From NCBI GenBank assembly GCA_051546255.1, contig CP128820.1, positions 434,001 through 498,000 on the forward strand: 64,000 nt of DNA, given 5' to 3'. Shown in pieces: positions 63,795 through 64,000 of this stretch. Positions within the stretch are counted from its first letter, which is position 1. Each line of letters starts with the position of its first letter. Below the pieces are notes generated by a model. It saw nothing but the letters and a program-made list of their open reading frames with translations. It was not told the origin of the DNA and searched no databases. Source of the stretch: Meyerozyma guilliermondii (Eukaryota). The position numbers and the translations under genes were made by a program.

Positions 63795-64000
63795 CTTGGA
63801 GCTGTTAAAAAGTAGAGAAACACACTCTTCTATACTGTAGCACCACCAGGGCAGCGCAAATCACAGACTATAACAGCAGAAAAAAGCCTTTCTTGTTAGC
63901 GAGGCTTTCAAAAAACTTTAAATGCGCCGCGTAAAGTTTTCAAGCCAATGATAAATTTAGCAGTCTTGGGTGCAGGAACACAAAAACCCGACCAAAAAAA

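Overview
Gene-dense nuclear DNA from a budding yeast that uses the alternative yeast code (CUG=Ser, the 'CTG clade'). CTG codons sit at conserved Ser positions in RAC1, GCV2, NPR1 and the GH31 gene, so many 'L' residues in the supplied ORF track are really Ser. The sequences look Meyerozyma/Debaryomycetaceae-like, but the species cannot be confirmed without a search. There are about 36 protein-coding genes. Most are conserved housekeeping genes in ancestral Saccharomycotina neighbourhoods: RRI1, UBP10, MOH1, MRPL22, SHR3, RAC1, NOP6, IPI3, PBR1, NPR1, MRPL19, GCV2, TEF1, SDS23/24, OLE1, CPR1, AHP1, AVL9, TRM82, YCF1, SEC1, YMD8-like and YPS7-like. Three accessory-looking islands interrupt them. 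(1) At 1-3 kb, a bacterial-type Cys-nucleophile alpha/beta hydrolase lies next to a probable transcription-factor C-terminus. (2) At 9.4-14.4 kb, an orphan membrane protein, two tandem-duplicated ~72-aa tail-anchored microproteins with conserved promoters, and a Flo11-domain GPI adhesin. (3) At 40.4-47.2 kb, an intracellular YicI-type GH31 alpha-xylosidase is divergently paired with two MAL-type permeases whose promoters share a TTCCGAGGG element and many Mig1-type boxes. This third island is a candidate isoprimeverose/xyloglucan-oligosaccharide utilisation cluster. A spliced complex I 9.5-kDa subunit gene, mis-called by the ORF track, was reconstructed. No tRNA, rRNA, transposon or CRISPR was recognised.
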